Positions 52,485 to 62,469 of a DNA stretch of 64,000 bases are shown piece after piece. Position 1 is the stretch's first letter, and each line of letters starts with the position of its first letter. Origin of the DNA: a virus. The DNA lies in IMG/VR virus record IMGVR_UViG_3300009296_000199; one strand, given 5' to 3'. Under the pieces are notes generated by a model, which was not told the origin of the DNA, did no database searches, and saw nothing but the letters and a program-made list of their open reading frames with translations. The position numbers and the translations under genes were made by a program.

Positions 52485-53471
52485 TCACAGCATTTCCTCC
52501 TGTTCCTTGCCCCGGAGGGTCAGACCGCGGAGCCCCCTCTTCTGACCGCTGCGCCAGCGCTGGAAACCGTGCTTGCCCAGGTCCTCGGCGAGCTTCTTCA
52601 TCGATCCCACGAACTCGCCCTGCTTCTCCGCCCAGGTTTTCCATGCCCCGTAGGCTTCCTCGGTGGAGACTGTCGCGCGTTCGGACTGGATGCACTCCTC
52701 CTCAATCCAGCGCTTGATGGCATCCTGCGATTCGAAGTATTCCTCGGTCGCCGCCAGGACGCATGCCGGAGGCTTGAGCCCGACCCGCTGCCACTCCACG
52801 CAGCCTTGGATGGCCCATCCCAGGATGCCGTCCATTTCGGCCAGCAGGCGCTCGGGAAGCGTGTGGTCCCGCTTCTCGGACGGGATGGTGACGGTAAACG
52901 GGATCATGTGGAGCCGCCGCCGCATGGCCTCATCGACGTTTCTCAGCGATGGCTTGTGATTGCCCGCGATCATCAGCTTGAATTGCGGTTTGTAATCGAA
53001 GAAGTCCTGCCGCATGAACCGAGCCGAGATGGTGTCCCCTCCGGTCAGCGCTTTGATCTTTCCTTCGTCCCACCGCTTGCCCTGCCCCACCTCCGTGGCG
53101 ATGACAAGCCTTGCTCCGCGGAGTTTGGCCAGGTCCGTGGGATGGCGCTCTCCTCGGGTTTCCATGAAAGCGTCGATGGGCGCATGGGTCGCGTAGTCGC
53201 CCCAGACGGCGGCGAGCGTGTTGAGGAATACCGATTTCCCGTTCGCGCCGGTGCCGTAGAGGAAAAACATCACGTGCTCGGTGGTAACGCCTGTGAGCGC
53301 GTAGCCTGCGACCCGCGCCAGGTAGCGCTGAAGCTCCACGTCGCCGGCCGTCACATCCGAAAGGAACGTCCGCCAAGTCGGGCAATGCGTTCCCGGAGAA
53401 GCATTCGTCATCTTGGTCATGTAGTCTTCCCGCCTGTGCGGTCTCATCCGAACGCCTGGTATCTCGGTCAT
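52485..53471 (-). CDS. P4/D5-type SF3 helicase (C-terminal part of split primase-helicase)
   Basis: FFLYGTGANGKS, LVIATE, IKALTGGDTISARF, IAGNHKP; GAGGA RBS. Confidence 0.9.
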   Translation of the reverse strand: MTEIPGVRMRPHRREDYMTKMTNASPGTHCPTWRTFLSDVTAGDVELQRYLARVAGYALTGVTTEHVMFFLYGTGANGKSVFLNTLAAVWGDYATHAPIDAFMETRGERHPTDLAKLRGARLVIATEVGQGKRWDEGKIKALTGGDTISARFMRQDFFDYKPQFKLMIAGNHKPSLRNVDEAMRRRLHMIPFTVTIPSEKRDHTLPERLLAEMDGILGWAIQGCVEWQRVGLKPPACVLAATEEYFESQDAIKRWIEEECIQSERATVSTEEAYGAWKTWAEKQGEFVGSMKKLAEDLGKHGFQRWRSGQKRGLRGLTLRGKEQEEML

Positions 53472-54613
53472 ATGGTTTCCTCACTTGTCCTGAGCATGAC
53501 GACGCCTCCTTGTGTGTCAAAAAGCCAGGGGTCCGTATCCCACTGGTCGATGGTCGCCGCATGCCGCCTGTCGGCGCGGGCCATACGTTCCACCGCCGCC
53601 ACGGTGCTGGCGCTGGCCACTTTCGCCGCGATCTTTGGCTTGAGGCATCTGGCCGCCGCCTCGCGGCATATCATGCGGGCGTTGTCGAAGGCTTTGAGGG
53701 TGGTCTCCTTGGCCCAACGCGTCCCCTCCCACTGCAGCCAATGTCCCCAGCCCGCGACGAAGCGCCAACCCTCGGCGTGGCGCTCCGTGAAGTCAAGCGC
53801 GAGCGCGTCATCGGTAAAGCCAGGCGGCATCACCTCGGCCTCTGAGTCCGTCGCGCTCGGTTCGTTTCCGTTGGCGTTGGGAGCGGAGGACTCGGGAGGG
53901 TAGCGGGCGATGCTCGCCGAAATCGTTTCGACCTCTTCATCGGGCAGCGGAGGCCTGCACCGTTTTGCGTTCGTCACCTTGAGCGCGGCAGTGATCGCGT
54001 CCGCGTCGGCTCCGCGCCTGCGCATCGTGCCGGCGAGGCTGGCCAGCGTGGAGTTGCGCCCGCCTTCTATGATCGTCTCACCTACGGGAGGAGCCGGCGC
54101 GGGGTGGGAGCCGTTCATGCTTCGGCCCAACGCCTCGATGATTTGCTCGGGCAGCGAGGCGATATGTTCCTCGGCGTCCTGGTACTCGTAGGGCTTGCCG
54201 TCGATGACTGAACCCGGCGCGACCACGTAGCCGCCGTCGGCCTTGAGATCGATGCCCGGCAGGGCCCCGTTGCGCGAGCGCAGGCCGCCTTGAGGGCATA
54301 GGTAGTAGAGATGCCAGCCGCCGCTTGGCGTCGTGACCGTCAGGGTCGGCGGCAGACCATTGAGCGAGGAAAGCGATTCGCGGCCTTTGGCCCCGCCTTT
54401 TACATCCACATCGATCACGGCGATGCCCGACACCTCGCCCGTGGCCAGGCCGATGTTCGCGTCGGGATGCGCGGTCCACCACTTTCTGACCGCGAAGACA
54501 GACTTGGATGCGTCCTTGAAGCCGTTGGGCGTTAGCGGCCTCTTCGTATTCGGGACGAGCGGAAAGACGGCCCAGCCCTGCTCGACACAGGCAAGAGCGT
54601 GATCGAGCATCAT
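53468..54613 (-). CDS. bifunctional primase-polymerase (Prim-Pol) + PriCT-1 + start of D5_N
   Basis: NIGLATG..VIDVD, TPSGGWHLY, GIDLKADGGYVVAPGS, EGGRNSTL..LPDEEV, W..WEGTRW. Confidence 0.9.
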   Translation of the reverse strand: MMLDHALACVEQGWAVFPLVPNTKRPLTPNGFKDASKSVFAVRKWWTAHPDANIGLATGEVSGIAVIDVDVKGGAKGRESLSSLNGLPPTLTVTTPSGGWHLYYLCPQGGLRSRNGALPGIDLKADGGYVVAPGSVIDGKPYEYQDAEEHIASLPEQIIEALGRSMNGSHPAPAPPVGETIIEGGRNSTLASLAGTMRRRGADADAITAALKVTNAKRCRPPLPDEEVETISASIARYPPESSAPNANGNEPSATDSEAEVMPPGFTDDALALDFTERHAEGWRFVAGWGHWLQWEGTRWAKETTLKAFDNARMICREAAARCLKPKIAAKVASASTVAAVERMARADRRHAATIDQWDTDPWLFDTQGGVVMLRTSEETI

Positions 54614-56274
54614 GGCCTGCCTCCCATCGCCTGCCTAAGCGCCTGGGCGATCTTCCAGCGGTTGAAGGTATGGGCCAGGATGCAGGACGCCTCGTAGCGG
54701 GTGAGGTCCGCGCCGCGGTGCTCGACGGGCAGGTAGCGCAGCTGCTTGTCCGTCGCCGGCTGCCGCAGCCAGCGGCGGGACTTGTGCGCCGCGTCCTCGG
54801 TCTCGTTCTCGCGCAGCCAGTCGTCGGCTGAGGACAGGCAGGCGAGACGGTCGCCTACCTGGAGCACGTGAGCCGCCCCGTCCTTGGAGCCGCCGACCGC
54901 GTACCAGCGGCCGTCGCGCGAGATGATGCCGCCCCAGGCCTCGAAGCCGGTCGCCATGACGACGGAGCTGTCTGGCGCGACCGGGCACCACTGGAAGGGC
55001 GAGTTGCGCAGCAGGTCGATCTCCGTCATCTCGAAGCTCTCAAGCGTCGGCTTCTCGGGCGGCTCGAACGTGTGGCCGCACATGGGGCACTCGACGACGC
55101 GGATGGGAACGGACGCCCCGCACTCGGGGCAGGTCTTGGATGGAGCAGCCTGGCCCGCTTCCGTCTCCTCGCGGCCCTCGAGCACGATCTGCTGCTCCAG
55201 CGCCCCGTGCGTGATCGCAGATGCCCCGAAGTCGAGTACGACGCAGTCGGTCTTGACCACGCCGGGGTAGTGCTCGGGGTCAACCTTGCGAAGTCCCCGG
55301 CCAATCATCTGGACCATCGTGGATTTGTAGGAGCATGGCCGCAGCAGGGCCACGCAGGAAATCGGCGGGCAGTCCCAGCCCTCGGTTGCGACCGCAACAT
55401 TGACCAGGACCTGCGTGTCGCCGCGATCCAGGCGGGCAAAGATGGCGGCGCGTTGGGCATCAGGCGTTTCGCCTGTCACGAGCTCGGCCGCAATCCCGTC
55501 CTCGCAAAAAGCTTGCGCGACGTGCTCGGCGTGGGCGACCGTCGAACAGAAGACGACGGTGCGTCGGTCGCCGGCCTTCTCCTTCCAGTGGCGCAGGATC
55601 TCGGCCGTGATCGGACGACGGTCCATGATGGAGGCAACCTGGTCCATGTCATACTCATCGGCCAGCCGCCGGACCTGGCGCAGTTCCTCTTGGACACCGA
55701 TGTCGATTACGAACGTTCGCGGCCGGACGAGTTGGCCCTCCGCGATCATCTCGCCCAGGGTTATCTGGTCGGCTACGTTGTCGAAGATGCAGCGCAGACC
55801 CTTGCCGTCACCACGGTTGGGCGTGGCCGTGACGCCGTAGACCATCACCCTGGGATTGCGGGCCTTGGCGGCGTCGATGACCCGGCGATAGCTATCGGCC
55901 CTGGCGTGATGGGCTTCGTCAATGATGAGCAGCTCGAGCGGCGGCATCAGCTCGAGGTTGCGCTCTCGCGCGAGCGTCTGGACCATGGCGAAGACGGCCT
56001 TGCCGGTCCAGTCTTTGCCGGCCGCGTCCACGACCGACACGGGCAGGCCGGGGTTGACCTTCAGAAACTTGTTGACGTTTTGGGCCGTGATCTCGTCACG
56101 GTGGGCCAGGACGCAGGCCTTGGCCCCGTTCGAGTCCAGGATGCGCCCCGCCACAGCCGCGAGCATAATGGTCTTGCCCGAACCGGTCGGGGCGACGCCC
56201 AGGGTGTTGCGGCGCTCCTGTAGCGCTGTGACGCACTTCTCGACGAATTTCTTCTGCCTATCGCGTAAGATCAT
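54610..56274 (-). CDS. SF2 DEAD/DEAH-box helicase with C-terminal Zn ribbon
   Basis: APTGSGKT, IIDEAHH, TATP, QMIGRGLR, CPEC..CPMC. Confidence 0.92.
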   Translation of the reverse strand: MILRDRQKKFVEKCVTALQERRNTLGVAPTGSGKTIMLAAVAGRILDSNGAKACVLAHRDEITAQNVNKFLKVNPGLPVSVVDAAGKDWTGKAVFAMVQTLARERNLELMPPLELLIIDEAHHARADSYRRVIDAAKARNPRVMVYGVTATPNRGDGKGLRCIFDNVADQITLGEMIAEGQLVRPRTFVIDIGVQEELRQVRRLADEYDMDQVASIMDRRPITAEILRHWKEKAGDRRTVVFCSTVAHAEHVAQAFCEDGIAAELVTGETPDAQRAAIFARLDRGDTQVLVNVAVATEGWDCPPISCVALLRPCSYKSTMVQMIGRGLRKVDPEHYPGVVKTDCVVLDFGASAITHGALEQQIVLEGREETEAGQAAPSKTCPECGASVPIRVVECPMCGHTFEPPEKPTLESFEMTEIDLLRNSPFQWCPVAPDSSVVMATGFEAWGGIISRDGRWYAVGGSKDGAAHVLQVGDRLACLSSADDWLRENETEDAAHKSRRWLRQPATDKQLRYLPVEHRGADLTRYEASCILAHTFNRWKIAQALRQAMGGRP

Positions 56275-56334
56275 GGGGTATCAGCTCCTCGCCAAGAGCC
56301 CCGGAGTGGGTTCTTCCCGCTCCGGGGCCTATGG

Positions 56335-56814
56335 TCAGAAGCCGATCTTCTCCGTCCCAGCCTTGGCCGGTTGGACCGGAGGCGGCGCAGCGGCAGCGGG
56401 CTTTGCGCTCGCGGTCGTGGACTCCTCGCCGTCGACCAGGAAGCGCGCAATCTTGTTGCGCTTCTTGCCCTCCCACTCGTCGACCACGATGTGCGCGTGG
56501 CAGAATTTATGCAGGTACTCGTCCGTGTCGAAGTCGAGACTCCCGTCGTAAGGCAGACCAAGCGCATGGTTGGCCCGCAGCCACATTCCATGGCCCGGCT
56601 CGCCCTTGGGCACGAAGACCATCGTGTGCCAGCACTTGCCCACCGACTTGCCGTCCTCGGTCATGATGTCGCAGAACAAGTCGACCTTCTGACGGCCGGT
56701 CTCCTTGGTCGTGCCGTCGCGCTTGTCGATAACCTCGACGACGTAATCGCCTTTCGGCGCGACGGGGAAGTCCTTGCTCTCCTGCGAGGCGTCGGCGTCC
56801 ATATGAACCCTCAT
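56335..56814 (-). CDS. DUF669-like ssDNA-binding protein
   Basis: [12 protein letters not shown]-like core, RNKIARF, acidic/Pro tail ending IGF; follows the Sak4-like ATPase. Confidence 0.7.
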   Translation of the reverse strand: MRVHMDADASQESKDFPVAPKGDYVVEVIDKRDGTTKETGRQKVDLFCDIMTEDGKSVGKCWHTMVFVPKGEPGHGMWLRANHALGLPYDGSLDFDTDEYLHKFCHAHIVVDEWEGKKRNKIARFLVDGEESTTASAKPAAAAPPPVQPAKAGTEKIGF

Positions 56815-57548
56815 CGCGCACCTCCCGCGACCTTAGGGGCCGTCTCGAAAAGACCCGCGAACGCCGAGTACGGGTTTTCGCGCGGCAGCTCGACCGTCTT
56901 GTCCTCGAGTTCGGGGATGCGGCTGCCCCAGATCCCGAGACTTCCGCCCTGGAAGCTCAGGAAGTACTTCGTGACGGGCCCGATCTGGCGCTTGAAGGAA
57001 TTCCCAATTGCGTCGGCGTTGGCCGCGATGACGCCCGCGCCCTTGCCGCTCACGTTGATGCCAGCGGGGATCACGATGGAACCGCTGCCGTCGAGCTTCG
57101 GGTCCTTGGTGTGGGCGATCAGGATCACGAACTTCCCGCTCGCCTTGAGGAAGTTGACCATCGCCTCGAGCTTGCGGCGCAGCTCTCCCCACAGTGCCCA
57201 GCCGTCCACGCCCGCCTTGCGTTCGGTCATGCTGGACAACCCGGCGGCCTTGGCGATCTCCTCTTCGAACCAGTCCGACAGCACATCGATGCTGTCGATG
57301 ACGACCGTCTTGACGCTCGGGTCGGCCACAGCCAGCTTCAACGCCTCGCGGAACTCCGCGAGATTCTTGATGTCGTGGATGCGGCCGTCGATCCTGTCTC
57401 CGCCGCCCGCCTCCAGCTCCAGGACGTAACTGCCGGGCCATGACGCGGCCAGCGTGCTCTTCCCGCTCTTGGGAAGGCCCACCAGGATCATGAGTCCGTC
57501 TGTCGGCAATCCCTTCTTGGGTGCCGGCCTTCTTGCGATCAGTTCCAT
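56811..57548 (-). CDS. Sak4-like AAA ATPase (phage recombination)
   Basis: [24 protein letters not shown]; AGGAGG RBS. Confidence 0.85.
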   Translation of the reverse strand: MELIARRPAPKKGLPTDGLMILVGLPKSGKSTLAASWPGSYVLELEAGGGDRIDGRIHDIKNLAEFREALKLAVADPSVKTVVIDSIDVLSDWFEEEIAKAAGLSSMTERKAGVDGWALWGELRRKLEAMVNFLKASGKFVILIAHTKDPKLDGSGSIVIPAGINVSGKGAGVIAANADAIGNSFKRQIGPVTKYFLSFQGGSLGIWGSRIPELEDKTVELPRENPYSAFAGLFETAPKVAGGAR

Positions 57549-57571
57549 GTATTCCTCCTTTCTCGTTTCAC

Positions 57572-57739
57572 TTAATTCCCAACAAAATGGTTCTTGGCGT
57601 CATCCGGACTTGGATTGCTGTCGTCGAGACGACGGAAATAGCCTCTGGGTATGGCTGTGCCCTTGGGTTCCTCCAAACACACCCACTCGTGAGTCTTTTC
57701 GATAGGCCACGACACAAATCCGCGTCTAATCTTTGTCAT
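57572..57739 (-). CDS. small hypothetical protein (55 aa, below ORF-track cutoff)
   Basis: AAAGGAG RBS, ATG 57739, TAA 57572-57574; fills the operon gap. Confidence 0.5.
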   Translation of the reverse strand: MTKIRRGFVSWPIEKTHEWVCLEEPKGTAIPRGYFRRLDDSNPSPDDAKNHFVGN

Positions 57740-57764
57740 CGGCGTTTCTCCTTTTGGATATTTG

Positions 57765-58541
57765 CTACCAGTCGATAAACTGCGGCTTCTCCAACGCCTC
57801 TTTGAGCGCCTTGGCGGCGAGGAAGGCGTCCAAGGAACGCTTCACGTCCGCCAGCTCTTTGGCCTCGAACTCGATCGGCTGTTTTTTCCCGAAACGCACG
57901 ACCACCGCGTCAGAGCAGGGAAGGCCGTAGGTTTCCGTGAAGGCCTGGGCATAGGCCGCGACTTGGAGGGCGTACTCGGCGTATATCCCCGACGACGTCT
58001 TCCAATCGAGGATCACGAACTTCCCGTTGCGTCGGCCGAGGGCGTCGAGGCTGCCGCCGTAGCCGTGGATGCGGGAGGCGACCTTTGTGTCACCCATGAC
58101 CAGCTCGATCCCGGAGCCCTTCCACCAGTCCTTGAAGGCATTCACCGGGGCCTCGATCTCGGGTGGAACCGTATCCGGCTCCTGACCATGGATGATGAGA
58201 TCGATAAAGGCGTGGGCTCGGGTGCCGAGGTCGGCGGCCTCGTCCTTGATCTGGTCGGGACGCTTCTTGGCGTCGATCAGGATGTTGTCGATCCACGCTT
58301 TGTTGAGGACGATCTGCGCGCAGCGCTTGCCGTCCAGCCGATTCACGAGCGCCGACTCGACCATCGCCAGAGCCTCGCGCTTGGCCCAGGGGACCAGCGC
58401 GGGCTTGCTAATAATCCCAAGGAAGCCGGTCACGCTCGGATAGCGGGCGGCCTCACCCTCTGCTGCTACGTCGTAGAGGTGGCTCCTGCCTTCAACGACC
58501 AGATCCACCCGATACAGCGGGTTCAGAGGCGCGGCCTGCAT
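57765..58541 (-). CDS. Cas4/RecB-like PD-(D/E)XK exonuclease
   Basis: YPSVTGFL, GTRAH, YGGSLDAL..ILDWKT, ALQVAAY. Confidence 0.85.
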   Translation of the reverse strand: MQAAPLNPLYRVDLVVEGRSHLYDVAAEGEAARYPSVTGFLGIISKPALVPWAKREALAMVESALVNRLDGKRCAQIVLNKAWIDNILIDAKKRPDQIKDEAADLGTRAHAFIDLIIHGQEPDTVPPEIEAPVNAFKDWWKGSGIELVMGDTKVASRIHGYGGSLDALGRRNGKFVILDWKTSSGIYAEYALQVAAYAQAFTETYGLPCSDAVVVRFGKKQPIEFEAKELADVKRSLDAFLAAKALKEALEKPQFIDW

Positions 58542-58804
58542 CACGCTCTCCTCAGCTTGAGCAGGAAGTCCTCTATTGCCGGATGGGGCTTGGTGTTGAC
58601 GGCGTCGCGATCCGCCTTGGCCGGAGACGCCTCGCTTGATTCCAAGCGGCGCAGGCTTTTGTCCAGGATCACGTCGAGGTTGCGCATGAGCCGCCACACC
58701 AGGTCATCGTCCAGACCGTGGACCGCAGCCAGCCCGCCGATGACGAGCGCCTCTTCCTCGAAGAGATCGAGGACCAGTTCCCGCGCCTTCTCCTTGGTGA
58801 TCAT
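58541..58804 (-). CDS. hypothetical protein
   Basis: 87 aa, AGGAG RBS, stop overlaps the next start. Confidence 0.6.
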   Translation of the reverse strand: MITKEKARELVLDLFEEEALVIGGLAAVHGLDDDLVWRLMRNLDVILDKSLRRLESSEASPAKADRDAVNTKPHPAIEDFLLKLRRA

Positions 58805-58878
58805 GTCGGCTCCTTTTCCTGGGAGCTTCCCCGCCCCCACTAGAGAAAGGGGGGTGGGGGTCGGATTTGCGTGACAGA

Positions 58879-59634
58879 TCACCCGGCTCTTTCATGCCGG
58901 TGAATCGTCGCTTCGGCCCTAAACCTTCTTTGGCGGGCCAGGGCGCAGTCCATCCCGGTCTCTCTGGCGTACTGGGCTGCAGTTTTGCCGTAGACCCGAG
59001 TACCGACCAAGAGCAGAAAGTCCGGCTCGTTGATCCTGCCCGCCTCCAAGTGGGCGCGGAGCCTACGGATCTCGGCCGCTTGGGTCAGGCGCAGCTCGAT
59101 TCCCGCGTAGTCGATGTCGTCGGTCCCGAGCGCGGTAAGCTCCTCGGGGTCCATGGCGACCTCTTTGTCAGAGGCGGACCACTTGCGCTTGTAGTCGAGG
59201 TATAGGTGATGGGCCGTATCGTTGAAGAGCTTCTGAGCGATCCGGTCAGGACGGCGATCGAAGTCTATGCGGCAGAGGATTTTAAGGAACGTCCATGAAA
59301 CGGCCTGCCAGCGTTCGGCGATATCCGCATCCCACGCGCGCTTCTGCCAGTGGATGGCGCGCAGCGCCGGCCAGAACATGACCAGCATGATCGTTCGCCA
59401 TCGCGGGTCCTGATCGCTTCGGTGGATTCGAAGGATGGGCCGCAGGACTTGGTCCTTTTCAGCATCGCTGAGGCCCCCCTCCCGCATGAGCGCGATGACT
59501 TCGCCCCACGTCTCGAACCGGCGGAAGATGGATTCGTCATGCCGCAACTGCAAGAGAAGGGCGATATAGCTCTCGCTCCGCAGTTCCTGCTCCAACAACG
59601 TCTGCTGCTTTCGGTTTTCTGTTTCCCAGTTCAT
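58879..59634 (-). CDS. sigma-70/ECF-like transcription factor
   Basis: Helical; region-2-like segment (MFWPALRAIH..ERWQAVSWTF) and C-terminal HTH (KTAAQYARETGM..ARQRRFRA). Confidence 0.5.
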   Translation of the reverse strand: MNWETENRKQQTLLEQELRSESYIALLLQLRHDESIFRRFETWGEVIALMREGGLSDAEKDQVLRPILRIHRSDQDPRWRTIMLVMFWPALRAIHWQKRAWDADIAERWQAVSWTFLKILCRIDFDRRPDRIAQKLFNDTAHHLYLDYKRKWSASDKEVAMDPEELTALGTDDIDYAGIELRLTQAAEIRRLRAHLEAGRINEPDFLLLVGTRVYGKTAAQYARETGMDCALARQRRFRAEATIHRHERAG

Positions 59635-59688
59635 GCAGACACTGGGTCAGAACTCACCGATAGGGCTGGCGAGGTGAGCGTGGAAAAC

Positions 59689-59714
59689 AAAAAAGCCCTG
59701 CGAAATGCAGGGCT
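59689..59714 (-). terminator. rho-independent terminator after the lexA operon
   Basis: Perfect AGCCCTGC-5 nt-GCAGGGCT stem followed by a T-run on the minus strand. Confidence 0.85.
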
Positions 59715-59775
59715 AATGGATGGGGCGGAGGATTACTGGGCTATCGGATTAAGGGGGATGAGGGCCGGTCAGAAA

Positions 59776-61281
59776 TTACCGGCGTCGGGTCGCGGTACGG
59801 GTGGAAGGCACGACTTCGCTTGAGGATTCAAACTTTGCGACCCACTTTCCCTGGAACTCGGCGAATTCGAACGCCGAGTCGTCGATGCCGATCCATGCGC
59901 AGAGGAACCCATTCAACTCGAGCATGGTATCGTCCTCGTCCTCGGGGCGATGGACTACGCCCTTGCCGCGAAGGACGGCGATGAGCGCCTCGCCGCGCCG
60001 ATCCGGCTTGCCTTGCGCATCGGCTAGGGTCAGGCTGGTGAGGTCAAACTCCCTCTCTTGCTCGACCTCGCGTTCAGCGGCCTCCAGGCCGTGCGCGGTT
60101 CCGTCTTCATCGCGATGTCCGGAAACGCCATACGTTTCCTGAGCGCGGAACGAAACGTGGATCATGCCGTTCCGCGTTTCGGAGATGGAAACGCCCGCCC
60201 AAGTCGTCCCTTGCGGTGCTTGTAGGCGCGGCCCCTCATCCGTGGAGATTTTGAACGCCGCCTTGTATTGGCGTTCATCCTTATCATACGGGATCGGATC
60301 GCCGTCTATGTCGGGAATGAGCGCATGGATGAGTTTGCGAAGCACGGTCATGTACTGTTTGAGATTCGTGCGCGCCTTGTAGTCGAGACTGGCCTCTTGA
60401 TCTCCGAGCGGGCCGCCGCGAAGGGCGATGGCCTTCAGCAACGTCCACATCCGGTCCGGGACGCCCTTCTTTCTCCTTTCCTCGAAGCCCGCCTCCTGAA
60501 AGGAGAACTCCTTCGTCTTGCCTTTGGCGGTGACGCGAACGCGGTGTTCCGAGACCTGTAGCCGAACCTCGGGCCAGGTTGTGCCCTGCGGCGTCGGGAA
60601 GGACTGTGAAGCGACGATAGGCGCCTTACGTCGACCCTCGCTGAGAGCACTCGCCAGATGATCGCGGTCGATGGACAGCTTGCCGTTCGCAATGCTGGCG
60701 ATGGCGCTCAATGCCAGGACACGGGGATTCTCGCCGTTCCAGACGGCATCCGGGGGCACCGCCCCGGCGACCAGCACGACGGCGTTCGATGATGCATTAA
60801 GGCGAGTTGCTGAGCCGACGATCGCGGCCGCGTCGGTCCAGGTCAGGCCGCGGGCCATAAAAATCTCCCGGGATCGGCCGGAAAAGCTGCCCTTGCCCAG
60901 GAGCCATACCCGGTTGGAGACCACTTCTTCCGGCGAGCCCGCCAACTCCAGGCCCGACGCGACGGCTTTCCCGAGCGCCCGGAAGTCGAGCGCCCATTGC
61001 GTGAGGCGGTGGGGCGGGACGCGAACGCGGCCATGCTGAGGGCAAGAGATGTAGTGACGCGCCCCGGTCCTCGACGGACTCTTGAGGAAGACGACCTCCT
61101 CTATGTGGCCGACGTCGCATGCGTCGCAGACGACGCTGTCGGCGTTCGTGGCTTGCGCGACCATCCCCGAACGGATCAGGGGGTCGGCGAGTCCCGCTCC
61201 GCTTGGGCCGATCTCGTCGCCTGACCAAACCGGCTCCTTGGCGTCGGCCCGGTCCCAGAGGATGGATAGCGGATTAGACAC
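59776..61281 (-). CDS. hypothetical protein, 501 aa, with internal repeat
   Basis: CDAC..YISCP Zn-like N-region; PQGTTW repeated 125 aa apart; overlaps the upstream gene. Confidence 0.7.
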   Translation of the reverse strand: MSNPLSILWDRADAKEPVWSGDEIGPSGAGLADPLIRSGMVAQATNADSVVCDACDVGHIEEVVFLKSPSRTGARHYISCPQHGRVRVPPHRLTQWALDFRALGKAVASGLELAGSPEEVVSNRVWLLGKGSFSGRSREIFMARGLTWTDAAAIVGSATRLNASSNAVVLVAGAVPPDAVWNGENPRVLALSAIASIANGKLSIDRDHLASALSEGRRKAPIVASQSFPTPQGTTWPEVRLQVSEHRVRVTAKGKTKEFSFQEAGFEERRKKGVPDRMWTLLKAIALRGGPLGDQEASLDYKARTNLKQYMTVLRKLIHALIPDIDGDPIPYDKDERQYKAAFKISTDEGPRLQAPQGTTWAGVSISETRNGMIHVSFRAQETYGVSGHRDEDGTAHGLEAAEREVEQEREFDLTSLTLADAQGKPDRRGEALIAVLRGKGVVHRPEDEDDTMLELNGFLCAWIGIDDSAFEFAEFQGKWVAKFESSSEVVPSTRTATRRR

Positions 61282-62458
61282 GCTCGATCTCCCACTGCCG
61301 CAGGCATTTCCTGGCCTTTAGGTGTTCAGGCTTGTCCTTGAGGCTACAGCCATCGGGGGAGGACACCCTGAAGGTCACGATTTTCTCGGCCCGGCCTCTG
61401 CCCGTGGTGTTGGCGAAGCGCAACTGAAGGACGGCGGAGTTGACCTCGACCATCGACATCGGCAGTCTCCGTTCGTGAAGAGCGGTCTCGATCCATTCGT
61501 GGATATCATCGCGGGAGCCCTTTGGCCCAACATCCAAGGCAATGCGCCGACGAGAGTTTCCGACCAAAGAGAGGCACATCTCTTTGACCCGCACGTCCGT
61601 GATTCCGTCCGCCGGGTCCGTTGGAAACGCGAAGCCGCGCTGCTTGAGAATGTTGAGCTGGTATGGGGCGGAAGCGGCGTTCTCCTCGCCCAACTCATGC
61701 TGGAGGATTATGCGCGAGAAGAGCTTTTGGAGATCTTGCCGTGCCTTCTTGTCTCCTTTGACGAAGAGGTCGAGCGTCCCTTCGCTCTCGTCGTAAACGA
61801 AGACAATATCGAAAGCAGGGTTGTGGGGACGCCGCTTGAGGGTGCCGTCTCCGTCATAGCCGACGTAGGTATCCGCGTAATCCTGCGGATAGGCGAAGAA
61901 GTAGTTCCGGCGTCGGCCACGAAAGTAGGTATCTACGTGACAGTGCTCGCCGCGTCCCTGTGTCTCCTGATAATACGCCTTGATCGCTTCGCTGAGTTGA
62001 CTGAGAGCTTCCGCAGAAACGTCGGGCCTCTTTTTTGGCAGGTTCTTTCGTTTGTGCCAGCTTCGCCCGTTGAGATTATCGGCGTGGTCGAAACAACAGG
62101 CCACGTCGAATATCCGGTGGTGACTCAGGAATACATGCATGATCTTGTCGATGAACCCGGCATGAGCTTCTAGCTCAGTCGTGAGATCAGTGTTGTGATA
62201 CTGGCCTTCCTCGATGATGGTCTGGACGCCTTCCGCCGAAGCAAGGTCGTGGATGTCCCGGAAATCTTGCTCTATCTCTTGCACGGTCTTTTCCGGCAGG
62301 GCATGCCATGCGGTAAATATCACCTCAACATCAGTGTCGGTCTCATCCATGCCGGCCCAGTTTATATCGCCCAAGACTTCGCGGGTGGAAAAATAGCGCT
62401 GCAAGAGGCCATGATGGACGTGCCTGAGAAAATGTTTTGGGGCGTACTGGCTCGGCAT
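61274..62458 (-). CDS. hypothetical protein, 394 aa
   Basis: AAGGAG RBS, 11 nt after the lexA-like stop; no recognisable catalytic motif. Confidence 0.7.
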   Translation of the reverse strand: MPSQYAPKHFLRHVHHGLLQRYFSTREVLGDINWAGMDETDTDVEVIFTAWHALPEKTVQEIEQDFRDIHDLASAEGVQTIIEEGQYHNTDLTTELEAHAGFIDKIMHVFLSHHRIFDVACCFDHADNLNGRSWHKRKNLPKKRPDVSAEALSQLSEAIKAYYQETQGRGEHCHVDTYFRGRRRNYFFAYPQDYADTYVGYDGDGTLKRRPHNPAFDIVFVYDESEGTLDLFVKGDKKARQDLQKLFSRIILQHELGEENAASAPYQLNILKQRGFAFPTDPADGITDVRVKEMCLSLVGNSRRRIALDVGPKGSRDDIHEWIETALHERRLPMSMVEVNSAVLQLRFANTTGRGRAEKIVTFRVSSPDGCSLKDKPEHLKARKCLRQWEIERV

Positions 62459-62469
62459 GACTGCTCTCC

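Noticed and set aside
22700-62400. Many long plus-strand and alternate-frame ORFs (e.g. 36316-37722, 52401-53903, 54868-56223, 48867-49922)
   Set aside because: They overlap motif-bearing minus-strand genes and are the shadow ORFs expected in GC-rich DNA; no motifs or RBSs.
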